DNA of 64,000 bases, from the IMG/VR virus record IMGVR_UViG_3300032246_001438, positions 1 to 64,000 of that record, one strand, 5' to 3'. Position 1 is the stretch's first letter. Each line of letters opens with the position of its first letter. This document shows positions 45,481-54,853 of the stretch, piece after piece. The notes beneath the pieces are model-generated. The model searched no databases and was not told the origin of the DNA. It saw only the letters and a program-made list of their open reading frames with translations. A program made the translations under genes and the position numbers. Source of the DNA: a virus.

Positions 45481-46116
45481 ATGACAGATAGCATAATCAA
45501 TCGCTTCTCAACGCTAGCGACAGACCCACTACGTTCGTTTAAATTCGTTGCAGAGTTTTCACAAGCGGGTACTGAACCAGTATTTGACAAGCGCATCTTG
45601 ACATCGTCAAGCACAGCACCAGCAACCTCTGGAGTTTCTGCAGGTTGGATTGGTGGTTTTAGTAACATCAGCGGGTTGAGTGTTAACACTCAGTCAATTC
45701 AGTACCGTGAAGGTGGCTACAACACCACTGTACACCAGGTACCTGGTATGACTACATTTACCCCAATTACTATGCAGCGTGGTGTTCTTTATGGAAACGA
45801 CCAAGCAATTACATGGATGCGTGGCCTATTTGGCGCTTCATCTGGTGAAGGTTTGGCAACTGGTGGCACTGGAAGTGCCGCAAAAAGCTTCCGCGTTAAC
45901 ATTAACGTTTACGTTATGAGTCATCCAGATGCTAATTCAGACACCCCAGTAATGGGTTTCAAGATTCACAATGCTTGGATTAGTACGCTAAACTACACAG
46001 ACTTAAACGCTGCAGATGGAGCAATTTTATTTGAGTCTATGTCTCTTGTTCACGAAGGCTTGTCAGTCTTCTTTACAGGCTCAGACTACTCTCGTAAAGA
46101 TGGTCTACCAAAGTAA
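45481..46116 (+). CDS. Tail tube protein (T4 gp19-like)
   Basis: DPLRSFKF...GF..ISGL...YREGG...PG...ITMQRG...NAW...L.HEG. Confidence 0.92.
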   Translation: MTDSIINRFSTLATDPLRSFKFVAEFSQAGTEPVFDKRILTSSSTAPATSGVSAGWIGGFSNISGLSVNTQSIQYREGGYNTTVHQVPGMTTFTPITMQRGVLYGNDQAITWMRGLFGASSGEGLATGGTGSAAKSFRVNINVYVMSHPDANSDTPVMGFKIHNAWISTLNYTDLNAADGAILFESMSLVHEGLSVFFTGSDYSRKDGLPK

Positions 46117-46146
46117 TCTAATTTAAACTAACTAGGAGTATAAATC

Positions 46147-46947
46147 GTGTCCGACCCACAAATCATTACTGATTCGCAACTACTCGAGCAATTTGTTGAA
46201 AAGGCCCAGAAGGAGCCCGCACCAGTCATTAAGACGCGGGCCCCTTCAGAGTCTGAAGTACAACTTCCAGGTGGGCATCTTGACAAAGATGGCGAGTTGC
46301 ACACCACAGCAGAGGTAAGGGAACTTACTGGAGCTGATGAAGAAGCAGTATCAAAAGCTGGTTCTTCTGGAAAAGCATTAAATGTATTGCTTCAAAGAGG
46401 CCTTACTAAAATTGGCGGCAACGCGGTATCCCAATCCGACCTTGACACTCTTTTAGCTGGTGACAGAGACGCAATATTGCTGGGTATTCGTAGAGTAACT
46501 TTTGGACCAACCGCTACATTAGCGGTTCGTTGTCTAGAGTGTATGAGCGAAGGCGCAGAAGAGATTGACCTAACTAAAGATGTTCCTATCAAAAAGTTAG
46601 ACAATCCAATTGAAGACAGAGCTTGGACTATGGAGACTAAAAAGGGAACCGTAGAAGTTCGACTTCCAAATGGATTAACACAAAAGAAGTTGATGGAAAA
46701 CTATGAAAAAACATCAGCTGAGATTAATACGCTACTACTATCTGGATGTATTGTTTCAATAGATGGAGTTCAATCAGTAGGTGCAGGAACTGCTTTATCA
46801 CTTGGTATGGCTGACCGCACAAAAATTGTTGAAGAGATTATCAACCGTAACCCAGGCCCACGCCTTGGGGAGGTGAAGAAGCCCTGCAAGGCATGTGGTG
46901 AGTCTATGGATTTACCTCTGAGCTTGCTAGATTTGTTTCGTATATAG
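46147..46947 (+). CDS. Baseplate hub / tail assembly chaperone (T4 gp26-like)
   Basis: VRELTGADEE...DRDAILL.IR..TFG; CxxC pairs. Confidence 0.8.
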   Translation: MSDPQIITDSQLLEQFVEKAQKEPAPVIKTRAPSESEVQLPGGHLDKDGELHTTAEVRELTGADEEAVSKAGSSGKALNVLLQRGLTKIGGNAVSQSDLDTLLAGDRDAILLGIRRVTFGPTATLAVRCLECMSEGAEEIDLTKDVPIKKLDNPIEDRAWTMETKKGTVEVRLPNGLTQKKLMENYEKTSAEINTLLLSGCIVSIDGVQSVGAGTALSLGMADRTKIVEEIINRNPGPRLGEVKKPCKACGESMDLPLSLLDLFRI

Positions 46948-47092
46948 CGAAAAAGATTACGAATCTCTTCTTGATGAATACGAAGTTCTAACAAGAACTT
47001 TTACTGGATGGACGCTTTCAGACATAAGAGGCCTTTCTGTTAGAGAAAGGCAAAATTGGCTGGAACGCTCTACGAGACTTAAAGGACGGTAA
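46937..47092 (+). CDS. T4 gp51-like chaperone segment lacking a start codon, probably made as a +1 frameshift extension of 46147
   Basis: ...YEVLTRTFTGWTLSDIRGLSVRERQNWL; frame is bounded upstream by TAG at 46928-46930 and has no ATG/GTG/TTG. Confidence 0.7.
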   Translation, partial: FVYSEKDYESLLDEYEVLTRTFTGWTLSDIRGLSVRERQNWLERSTRLKGR

Positions 47093-47097
47093 TGTAA

Positions 47098-49284
47098 GTG
47101 GCAGACTCAAAAGCTTCGTTTAACGTAAGCTCTTCTAAGTCTGGGTCTATTATCTCCGACCTTAGAACAGGTATCTCTACTCTTCGCCAAGAAGTTAACC
47201 TTTTAAAACAAGATACTGGCGGGTGGGTTAATACCCTATCTGGTGGGGTTAATAAACTACGTGGCGGTGGAGCGGGTGTTGGTTCTAATCAAGTAGCCCC
47301 TGAACCACGCTTTGCTGGCGGAGGAGCCTTAGCTGCTCACGATTTTAATCCGCAAGTTTATACAGGCGGTCCAACTGGAAACCAGGTATTTTCTAACGCT
47401 AATAGCGGTGGAGGCGGCGGCGGGGGTCGCGGTTCTTTTGGTGAATGGTTAAGCGCTAACCGAGGTCCTATATCAACAGCTCTATTTACTGGAAGCATCT
47501 CAGCTCTTCCTAAAACATCAGAAGCAGTAGACATGAACTTGGCAACAAGTCGTGCTGTCTTCTACCAGCAGCAGTCATCTGGTTACGGCTCAACAGGCTC
47601 TGTAAAGGGCGACTACGGCAACGTAACAAGAATGATGAAAGAAGCTCAGCGTGCTGGAACAATTACTAATAAATTTGACGCCGCTAATGCTTTAGCTACA
47701 GCAAGCTCTTACGGTATCTCTGGTCCAAACTTTAATGATGTCTTTATGGGCAGTGCCCAGATGTCAAACCTTACCCCAGGTATGGGTCTTGAACAATCAA
47801 TGAAAGCATATGGCGCTGTTCAACAGGGTCGAAATGTAAACATGCTTCGCGCTGTTGGCATTCGAATTCGTGGTGAAGACGGTTCTATGAAACCTATGCC
47901 ACAAATTATTGATGAAATTTGGTCAAAACTTAACCGTGAAAAAATTGGTGGAGAACCCCTAACTGTTGAAGATATCAAAATATCTTTGCAGCCTGGTAAC
48001 GCTTTAGATATGATGATTACTAATCTGTTTGGAACAGACTCCCTAGTACGCCGTCAGGTATCAGACGGTCTTATTCAAAAAGCGCGTACTGGCGGAAAAC
48101 GTTTAGCTGGAGCTGACTTAAAAGAGCAGGCACGAGAAACAGGAGCTAGCACTAACGCAGTTCAGTCTTTAAGCAAAAGAGTGTCAACTGCCTCTGATAC
48201 ATTGATGCAATTAGCTCCTACAATGAGTAACGTCTTTGAATTTGGAAATAAAATTGTAAGCAGTATTACAAGTACTTTAAACTTTATTGATAGATTTCTC
48301 CCTATTTTAAAAATGCTTGGTGGCATTAAGGCTTTTGGTGAAACAGTATTTGGCGGAGGCGGCCTTTCAATGCTCAACCCCCTTAACTGGATTAAAGGGA
48401 AAGAAGCTGGCGGACCTGTTGCTAAAGATAATCCAACTCCTTACATTGTTGGTGAAAAAGGCCCAGAACTCTTTATGCCTAAGGTTGATGGAACAATTAT
48501 TCCTAACCACGAATTAAAAGCTAAGAACTACCCTTTCCGCCATGAGGGTGGAGAAGTTCACAATAAGACTCACAACGCTCCAGACACTCGTCCTGCAGGA
48601 AAAGGAAAGATTGTTCTTGGAGATAAAGAGTTAGAAGACATCTTAAAGCAAGCTGGATTTAAAGACCAAGGTCTTGAGAACGCTAAGAAGATTGCACAGG
48701 CTGAGTCTGGGAAACGTCCTTGGGCATTTAACCCTCACGACAAAGACTTATCTTATGGCTTGTTCCAAATCAATATGCTTGGTGGTCTTGCAAAAGAACG
48801 CCTAGCTAAAGAATGGAAAGATGCTAACGGCGGCACTTTTAAACTTAATTCTAATGAAGACTTATATGATGCGCTGACTAATGCAAAAGTAGCTAGACAC
48901 ATGTCTGCTGGTGGAAAGAACTGGAGTCAGTGGTCAACTAAAGGCGTGCTTAGCGGTGGTAGCGCAGGTTCTTCTGGCTCTGGTGCTTTAGAGTCTGGCG
49001 ATGGGGGTTCATCTTCTTCCTCCTCTTCTTCTAAAGACGATTCAAAACCAACAACTCTTAGAGGAATCCTTGATGGTTTCAATAAAGATAATAAGAGCGT
49101 TTTGGGAGACTTTATTAAAGGAGCTTGGGAAAACATTAAAGGCGGAGGACAGGCTCAACACACCTATAACTACGGTGGAGTAACTATTGCTGTTAATGGT
49201 TCAAGTAATCCAAGTGATACCGTGGCAGCTCTTAAGTCAGCTTTAAGTAGCCAAACAATGATGAATCAGGCAGCACAATCATAA
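47098..49284 (+). CDS. Tape measure protein with lysozyme-like (SLT) domain
   Basis: Position; GGPV....YIVGEKGPELF; AESG...YGLFQINM...WSQWST. Confidence 0.85.
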   Translation: MADSKASFNVSSSKSGSIISDLRTGISTLRQEVNLLKQDTGGWVNTLSGGVNKLRGGGAGVGSNQVAPEPRFAGGGALAAHDFNPQVYTGGPTGNQVFSNANSGGGGGGGRGSFGEWLSANRGPISTALFTGSISALPKTSEAVDMNLATSRAVFYQQQSSGYGSTGSVKGDYGNVTRMMKEAQRAGTITNKFDAANALATASSYGISGPNFNDVFMGSAQMSNLTPGMGLEQSMKAYGAVQQGRNVNMLRAVGIRIRGEDGSMKPMPQIIDEIWSKLNREKIGGEPLTVEDIKISLQPGNALDMMITNLFGTDSLVRRQVSDGLIQKARTGGKRLAGADLKEQARETGASTNAVQSLSKRVSTASDTLMQLAPTMSNVFEFGNKIVSSITSTLNFIDRFLPILKMLGGIKAFGETVFGGGGLSMLNPLNWIKGKEAGGPVAKDNPTPYIVGEKGPELFMPKVDGTIIPNHELKAKNYPFRHEGGEVHNKTHNAPDTRPAGKGKIVLGDKELEDILKQAGFKDQGLENAKKIAQAESGKRPWAFNPHDKDLSYGLFQINMLGGLAKERLAKEWKDANGGTFKLNSNEDLYDALTNAKVARHMSAGGKNWSQWSTKGVLSGGSAGSSGSGALESGDGGSSSSSSSSKDDSKPTTLRGILDGFNKDNKSVLGDFIKGAWENIKGGGQAQHTYNYGGVTIAVNGSSNPSDTVAALKSALSSQTMMNQAAQS

Positions 49285-50600
49285 TGGCAACCTACGTATC
49301 TTCTCAATTATCTAAAAAAACAGCTGTAATAAATACTAACGCGTCTACCGCTTCTGCAAAAAACCGCGTATCAAAACTTCCATCTTCTAAAACTGTAGCT
49401 AACGTAGCTTTAACAGCAACAGAGGTTGCGGTAAAAACCGCTGGCGTAGCAGCTGTTGTTGCAAAGACTGGCGCTGGAACTGCGGGTAAAAACTTAGCAC
49501 TTGCTGCTGTACGAAGCACTGCTCTACGTCTTGCTGTTGGTGCTGCAGTTACTAATCCAGTTACTGGTTTAATTGTTGGTGGAGCAGCTATTCTTTGGGC
49601 TGTAAAAAATATTAGAGATAATTTAAATAAAGAAGGTACTACGGACAATACTGATAATCAAACAAAAAAAACTAGAACTACTCCTGAACCTGATAGCAAA
49701 TGGAACTTGCCTCCCCATGAGTTTAGTCTTCCTGTAAACCCACGAGTTGTGGCTGGAACACGTTATGCCAGCACAATGATTGGTATAAACGATTCTGACG
49801 AGCACATGCTTCGTCGTGGAAGAATTTGGTTTTTTAATACAGCTGGTTCTCTTTCAACTGTAGATAAGAAAAAAGGAACGGTTACAACCGTTGCAGAGAT
49901 TAACAAACAGAATCAAGCAGACAATAAAGAAAAACAAGCGGGTACTGATGACGATGCAATGGATGAACAAGAAAGTTACAAGTATGGGTTTCAATTTTTA
50001 TGGAATCCAGAAAGTATCTCTGTGTCTGTAGCTCGAAACCAAGACGTAACCCCATCGGCTGCAGATAGATTAAGAGCGGTATCTGGCGCATTCCCTGGAC
50101 AAGAAACCGTAAGCTTTAGTATTGTTCTAGATAGAATTAATGATTTTTCAATGGCATACGCTCATCGCAGAAATGAGGAGTTTCAAACTCGTTCAGCTAA
50201 ATCTCCAAACTTAACAAGTTACGACCAGTTTGCTCCCTACTATAAAAGCGGGTTTCACGCCAACGGTTCAGAAACCTTTAACTACAAAATGAGCAACTTA
50301 ATGAAGTATGGAACTATGGCTGACATTGAGTACTTATTTAAAGCTATTAATGGGGACGGTAAAACAAAAAACTCCCCAAATGGTTGGAAAACTTTATTAG
50401 GTAAACACTCAGCAGATATTGGATACTTGAGACCAACTTTAATGGCTGTGCAAATTGGGCCAGATGAAAACTCTATTTCCTATGTTGGTTGGATTACTCA
50501 ATTGTCTATTAATCATCAATACTTTAATCAAATGATGATTCCACTAAGAAGTACCCTAAGCATAAGCCTAGACTGCTTTGCAGGAAGTACAATCGTATAA
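49284..50600 (+). CDS. Tail tube initiator / baseplate hub protein (putative)
   Basis: FQFLWNPESI...F.IVLDR...Y.G.I..LSI.H..F...M.P. Confidence 0.7.
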   Translation: MATYVSSQLSKKTAVINTNASTASAKNRVSKLPSSKTVANVALTATEVAVKTAGVAAVVAKTGAGTAGKNLALAAVRSTALRLAVGAAVTNPVTGLIVGGAAILWAVKNIRDNLNKEGTTDNTDNQTKKTRTTPEPDSKWNLPPHEFSLPVNPRVVAGTRYASTMIGINDSDEHMLRRGRIWFFNTAGSLSTVDKKKGTVTTVAEINKQNQADNKEKQAGTDDDAMDEQESYKYGFQFLWNPESISVSVARNQDVTPSAADRLRAVSGAFPGQETVSFSIVLDRINDFSMAYAHRRNEEFQTRSAKSPNLTSYDQFAPYYKSGFHANGSETFNYKMSNLMKYGTMADIEYLFKAINGDGKTKNSPNGWKTLLGKHSADIGYLRPTLMAVQIGPDENSISYVGWITQLSINHQYFNQMMIPLRSTLSISLDCFAGSTIV

Positions 50601-50881
50601 TGACTATTTACCTTGGCTCTCGTTATGAGTACGCAACCATTGACTTTTTTTCAACAAAACCTGGTGGGGACGAAAATCCAACCGTTTTTTATTCTGTTTC
50701 AAATTTAGGCAAAGTAACTTACTGGACACACACTTATAAAACTGGTGAACGTTTAGACCAAATATCTAGTAAATACTATAACAAACCAGAACTGTGGTGG
50801 CTAATTGCGGAGTACAATCCTGAAGTAAAAGACTTTATGAACATCTCACCAAATACAAAACTTAGGATTCCTCGTGTTTAA
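50600..50881 (+). CDS. LysM-like baseplate protein
   Basis: GERLDQIS.KYY..PELWWLIAEYN....I.P...LRIP. Confidence 0.85.
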   Translation: MTIYLGSRYEYATIDFFSTKPGGDENPTVFYSVSNLGKVTYWTHTYKTGERLDQISSKYYNKPELWWLIAEYNPEVKDFMNISPNTKLRIPRV

Positions 50882-52205
50882 ATTTATTAATGTTGAATTT
50901 CCAGACGCTCCTAGAGGCCCTCAAGTTATATATGAAGCTCGTTTATACCAAAAAATAAATGAACATGAAATGCTTAGTGTTCGGTTTAGGGATTGGAACG
51001 TTGCATACGAGCATATTAAACCTGGCTCTGCAGCTAAATTTAACATAATGGGAAGCAAATCTTCACGAGAATTTATTGGATACGTGCATCACATTCAACC
51101 AAGCCATACTCCTGGAACAGCGTTTACAGAAGTTGTTTTTATTGGAGGAACTTTTCCTTTAAAGCAAGCTTCTCAAAAAGTGTATAAAAACATTACAGCA
51201 AGTAACATTGTAACAAAGATAGCAAAAATTCACGGACTTGCTGCTTTTGTAGTTCCAACTAAAAGAATTTTTGAAATGGTATCTCACGCAGCCCACACTG
51301 ATTGGGAATTGCTTGTTCGTCTTGCAAAACAACATGGGTACACTTTAAGAGCTCATAACACAGAGCTTTACTTTGAACCTATATTAAATGATTACGCAAC
51401 CTATAGGTCTGTTGCCCCTTACTTTGTCATGCGTAGTGAAAGCAGCGCACAAGGTTCTACCCTGTACAGTTTTAGACCTATAATCAGCGATTCCTTAGAA
51501 ATAGAGGGCACCTTCAAAGCTGCAGTTGCGGTTAGTGGTGTTGACAAAGCTTCAAAAAAGACAACATCAATTACTCAACAAAAACGAAATAAAAAAACTA
51601 AATCTATAGAATCTCTTGAAATGTTTGATAGATTTGAAACTAAAGTTGTTGCACCTACCGCAGAGATTGCTAAATTTGAAGCAGAAGCAGCTGAAGCTAG
51701 AAATAGTTTTCCTTACCGAGCAACCGCTGAGGTACTAGGAGAGCCTAACATTCGACCAAACCTTCCAATTTACATTGACGGCGTTGGTGCAGCTTACAAT
51801 GGGTTTTGGACTGTAATTGGAACAGAGCATATTATCATAGAAACTCAAAGAGATATTGAATACAAGTATACAACCATGCTTCATCTTGGTACCGACTCGT
51901 TGGGCTTAGCAACTAGATGGACAGATGGCTCAGCTATTCAAGCTCCAGATGTTAAACAAAAAAGAATTATTACTCCAGGAAAAAAACAAACAGTTGTAAA
52001 ACCAAAATCAAAAATCGTTAAAAGTACTAAACCTAAAAATTCTAAAACTGCGGTTTCTTTTGGTAATATTAGCAACCGTTCAAAGCCAACTTCATCAAAA
52101 GCGGCTTCGCTTTGGAAAACTGCAACTCCTAAACTAACATCTATTACTACAGTAGTACGACGTTCTCCAGTTGTAGCTAAAAGAGTAAAGACGGTAAAAG
52201 CATGA
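50874..52205 (+). CDS. Baseplate hub (GpD-like) with basic C-terminal tail
   Basis: TDWELL.RLA...GY; G.P.IRP...I.GVG..YNG.W. Confidence 0.8.
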   Translation: MFKFINVEFPDAPRGPQVIYEARLYQKINEHEMLSVRFRDWNVAYEHIKPGSAAKFNIMGSKSSREFIGYVHHIQPSHTPGTAFTEVVFIGGTFPLKQASQKVYKNITASNIVTKIAKIHGLAAFVVPTKRIFEMVSHAAHTDWELLVRLAKQHGYTLRAHNTELYFEPILNDYATYRSVAPYFVMRSESSAQGSTLYSFRPIISDSLEIEGTFKAAVAVSGVDKASKKTTSITQQKRNKKTKSIESLEMFDRFETKVVAPTAEIAKFEAEAAEARNSFPYRATAEVLGEPNIRPNLPIYIDGVGAAYNGFWTVIGTEHIIIETQRDIEYKYTTMLHLGTDSLGLATRWTDGSAIQAPDVKQKRIITPGKKQTVVKPKSKIVKSTKPKNSKTAVSFGNISNRSKPTSSKAASLWKTATPKLTSITTVVRRSPVVAKRVKTVKA

Positions 52206-52741
52206 ACGAAGATAAAAGATTTTACGGGCTATATCAGGGAATCTGTGTAGACATAGAAGACCCTGATAAAGAAAGCCGCATTAAATTACTTGTTCCACAA
52301 GTTTTGGGGCAAGAGCCTACTGAATGGGCTCGACCTTGCCTACCTGTTTTAGCTAATACTAATCACCCTGACCATAAGTATCATCTAGCTTCTGAGGTAG
52401 CGGCCCTACTTAATGCCCACGGAGACCACGCCGTATCTGTATCAGGAACTTCTGGACCAGCAACTGTAAGTACTTTTGGTTCTCATACACATAGCTTTAG
52501 CGCAACCCAGACTTTAGCCCATACTAATAACCACACAGGTAAATCTGATACAACAAACTATCTAGACCATGAGCATAAGACGGTTGCTGATGAAGATAAC
52601 AAGTGGAATGATGACCAAGAAACAGACACGGTTCCAGAGCATACCCCGCACCGTCTAGTTCCAAAACTAGACCAAAAAGTATGGGTTATGTTTGAAGGCG
52701 GGGACCCTAACTTTCCAGTATGGATGGGAGTAGAACTATGA
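52202..52741 (+). CDS. Baseplate spike, gp5/gpV OB-fold with His-rich insertion
   Basis: FYG.Y.G..VD..DP....RI...VP...WA.PC; VP.....VWVMFEGGDP.FPVWMG. Confidence 0.85.
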   Translation: MNEDKRFYGLYQGICVDIEDPDKESRIKLLVPQVLGQEPTEWARPCLPVLANTNHPDHKYHLASEVAALLNAHGDHAVSVSGTSGPATVSTFGSHTHSFSATQTLAHTNNHTGKSDTTNYLDHEHKTVADEDNKWNDDQETDTVPEHTPHRLVPKLDQKVWVMFEGGDPNFPVWMGVEL

Positions 52742-53145
52742 GTAGAGCAATAAGCTTGCCTTTTTCTTTTGATAGTAACGGGGGTGTAGCGTACACAACC
52801 GATGACAAAAAAATATGGCAAGACCGAGTTGTGCTTGCGGTTATGACCTATTTTGGAGAACGGGTTATGAGACCTAACTATGGAAGCAGTGTTGAAGAAG
52901 CAACCTTTGAAAACACTACTACAGCTATAAGCATGATTAATCAAGCTATTGCTGGAGCTTTCTCTTTTTGGCTTCCAGACTTAGCCCTTGGAAAAGTTGA
53001 AAAAATTTTAGATGACGATAATGGTGTTTTGTCTGTAAATATAAATTATTCCTACGGCCCAGGGCAATTGGAAGACAGTGTAACGATAAGAACTGATATT
53101 CTTAGCAGGTCAGGCGACCTAATTCGGGAGGTAAGAAATGGCTAG
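52738..53145 (+). CDS. Baseplate wedge gp25-like protein
   Basis: T.FGERVMRPNYGS. Confidence 0.9.
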   Translation: MSRAISLPFSFDSNGGVAYTTDDKKIWQDRVVLAVMTYFGERVMRPNYGSSVEEATFENTTTAISMINQAIAGAFSFWLPDLALGKVEKILDDDNGVLSVNINYSYGPGQLEDSVTIRTDILSRSGDLIREVRNG

Positions 53146-54853
53146 CAGTAACTACGTACCACAGGTTGACTACACCTCTAAAGACTATGAGTCTATTAGA
53201 GAAGACCTAATAGCGCTTATCCCGTATTTTGCTCCCGAGTGGACAAATAGAGACCCTTCTGATTTTGGCATGACCCTAATTGAATTGTTCTCTTACATTG
53301 GTGACAATCTCAGCTACTACATTGACCGCTCAGCTAATGAGTCTTTCATTACAACTGCTAGCCAAAGAGATAGCGTCTTGTCTTTAGCTCGTGTTCTTGG
53401 GTACACCCCAACCGAAGGAACCGCCGCACTTGTTTACTTAACTTTCTATAACTCAACTGCAACCCCCGCTATTGTACCTGCTTTAACTCAAGTATCTACA
53501 AGCATTGTATCTAATGGAGTTACAACCCAAGTTACTTTTGAAACTCTAGAAGACGTTACAGTTCCAGCAAAAGTTGGAAACACCTCTGGTTCTGCACAGG
53601 TATATGCACAAGAAGGCGAAACTAAAACTGAAAAAATAGGAACCTCTGATGGCTCAGTTAATCAAATTTTTCAACTATCTGATTCACCTGTAATTAGTAA
53701 AAGTACTATTGTAACTGTTGCTGGAATTAACTACACTCAAGTTGAATATATAATTGATTATCAAAACTATGACCCAGTATTTATTGCCGTTGTTGACTCT
53801 GATGAGCAGGTTTATTTACAGTTTGGTGATGGAATTAATGGACGTATTCCACCAAATGGTGTAGATGTATATGCAACCTATAGAGTTGGTGGAGGTAAAA
53901 ACGGAAACGTTCCCGCTGGAACTATTAAATACATTTTAACCTCTGTCCCAACAGGAATTAGCGTTAACAATATTGACGTTGGTCAAGTGCTGGGGTCTGG
54001 TTCAGGAGGAGCTGAGCCAGAATCTACAGACTCTATTCGCACTAACGCTCCAAAAAGTATTAGAGCTTTAAATAGAGCGGTAGCTTTAACAGACTATTCT
54101 GCTATTGCAATTCAAGTAACAGGTGTAGCAAAAGCTATATCTATTGCTGAAGTCTATAGTAACGTGACAATTTATATTGCTCCTTATGGAGACTCAGGGC
54201 TTCAATCTGATGGGGTAACCTCTTCTCTAGTTTTTAATAACTTAGCAACTCAAATTTTAGATTACTTTGTTGATAAGACAGCGCCTGGAGTAACTATAAC
54301 TTTGCAACCGCCTAAGTACGTTAATACTCAATTAAAAATGGATGTTGTAGTCCTTAGTCAATATAAAAATTCTCAAGTAGAGTTTGATGTAAAAGCGGCT
54401 CTTCAAGAACTATTTGCTTTTGACAACGTATCTTTTAATGACCGCATTAACTTACAAGATGTTCTTGCTGTAGTAAACGATGTAGTTGGAGTATCACGAG
54501 CCTCTGTATATAAACTTGTGCGGGCAGATGAAGAGCAAACTTTTACTGTAAATAATAGGGCTCTTACATCAAACGTTGCAACATTGACTACCTCTGTTAA
54601 TCACAATTTAACAGTAGGTCAAACAGTGCTTGTATCTAATGTTAACAATACCGTATTTAACGGTACAGCTGTAGTAACAGCTGTTACTTCAAATACATTT
54701 AGTTACGCACTTGTATCCACAACTGTTGCTTCCGCGGCTACAGCAACTGGTTCAGTTACAGCTCTTACTGTAAAAGATATTATCTGTTCAACAAATGAAC
54801 TGCCTCAAGCTGGTACCTTTGATATAACAGTAAGTGGAGGGTTCTTAAGTTAA
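53138..54853 (+). CDS. Baseplate J / T4 gp6-like wedge protein
   Basis: DYTSKDY...WT..DPSDFG; FGDG..GRIP; YRVGGG..GNV; RAV...DY. Confidence 0.9.
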   Translation: MASSNYVPQVDYTSKDYESIREDLIALIPYFAPEWTNRDPSDFGMTLIELFSYIGDNLSYYIDRSANESFITTASQRDSVLSLARVLGYTPTEGTAALVYLTFYNSTATPAIVPALTQVSTSIVSNGVTTQVTFETLEDVTVPAKVGNTSGSAQVYAQEGETKTEKIGTSDGSVNQIFQLSDSPVISKSTIVTVAGINYTQVEYIIDYQNYDPVFIAVVDSDEQVYLQFGDGINGRIPPNGVDVYATYRVGGGKNGNVPAGTIKYILTSVPTGISVNNIDVGQVLGSGSGGAEPESTDSIRTNAPKSIRALNRAVALTDYSAIAIQVTGVAKAISIAEVYSNVTIYIAPYGDSGLQSDGVTSSLVFNNLATQILDYFVDKTAPGVTITLQPPKYVNTQLKMDVVVLSQYKNSQVEFDVKAALQELFAFDNVSFNDRINLQDVLAVVNDVVGVSRASVYKLVRADEEQTFTVNNRALTSNVATLTTSVNHNLTVGQTVLVSNVNNTVFNGTAVVTAVTSNTFSYALVSTTVASAATATGSVTALTVKDIICSTNELPQAGTFDITVSGGFLS

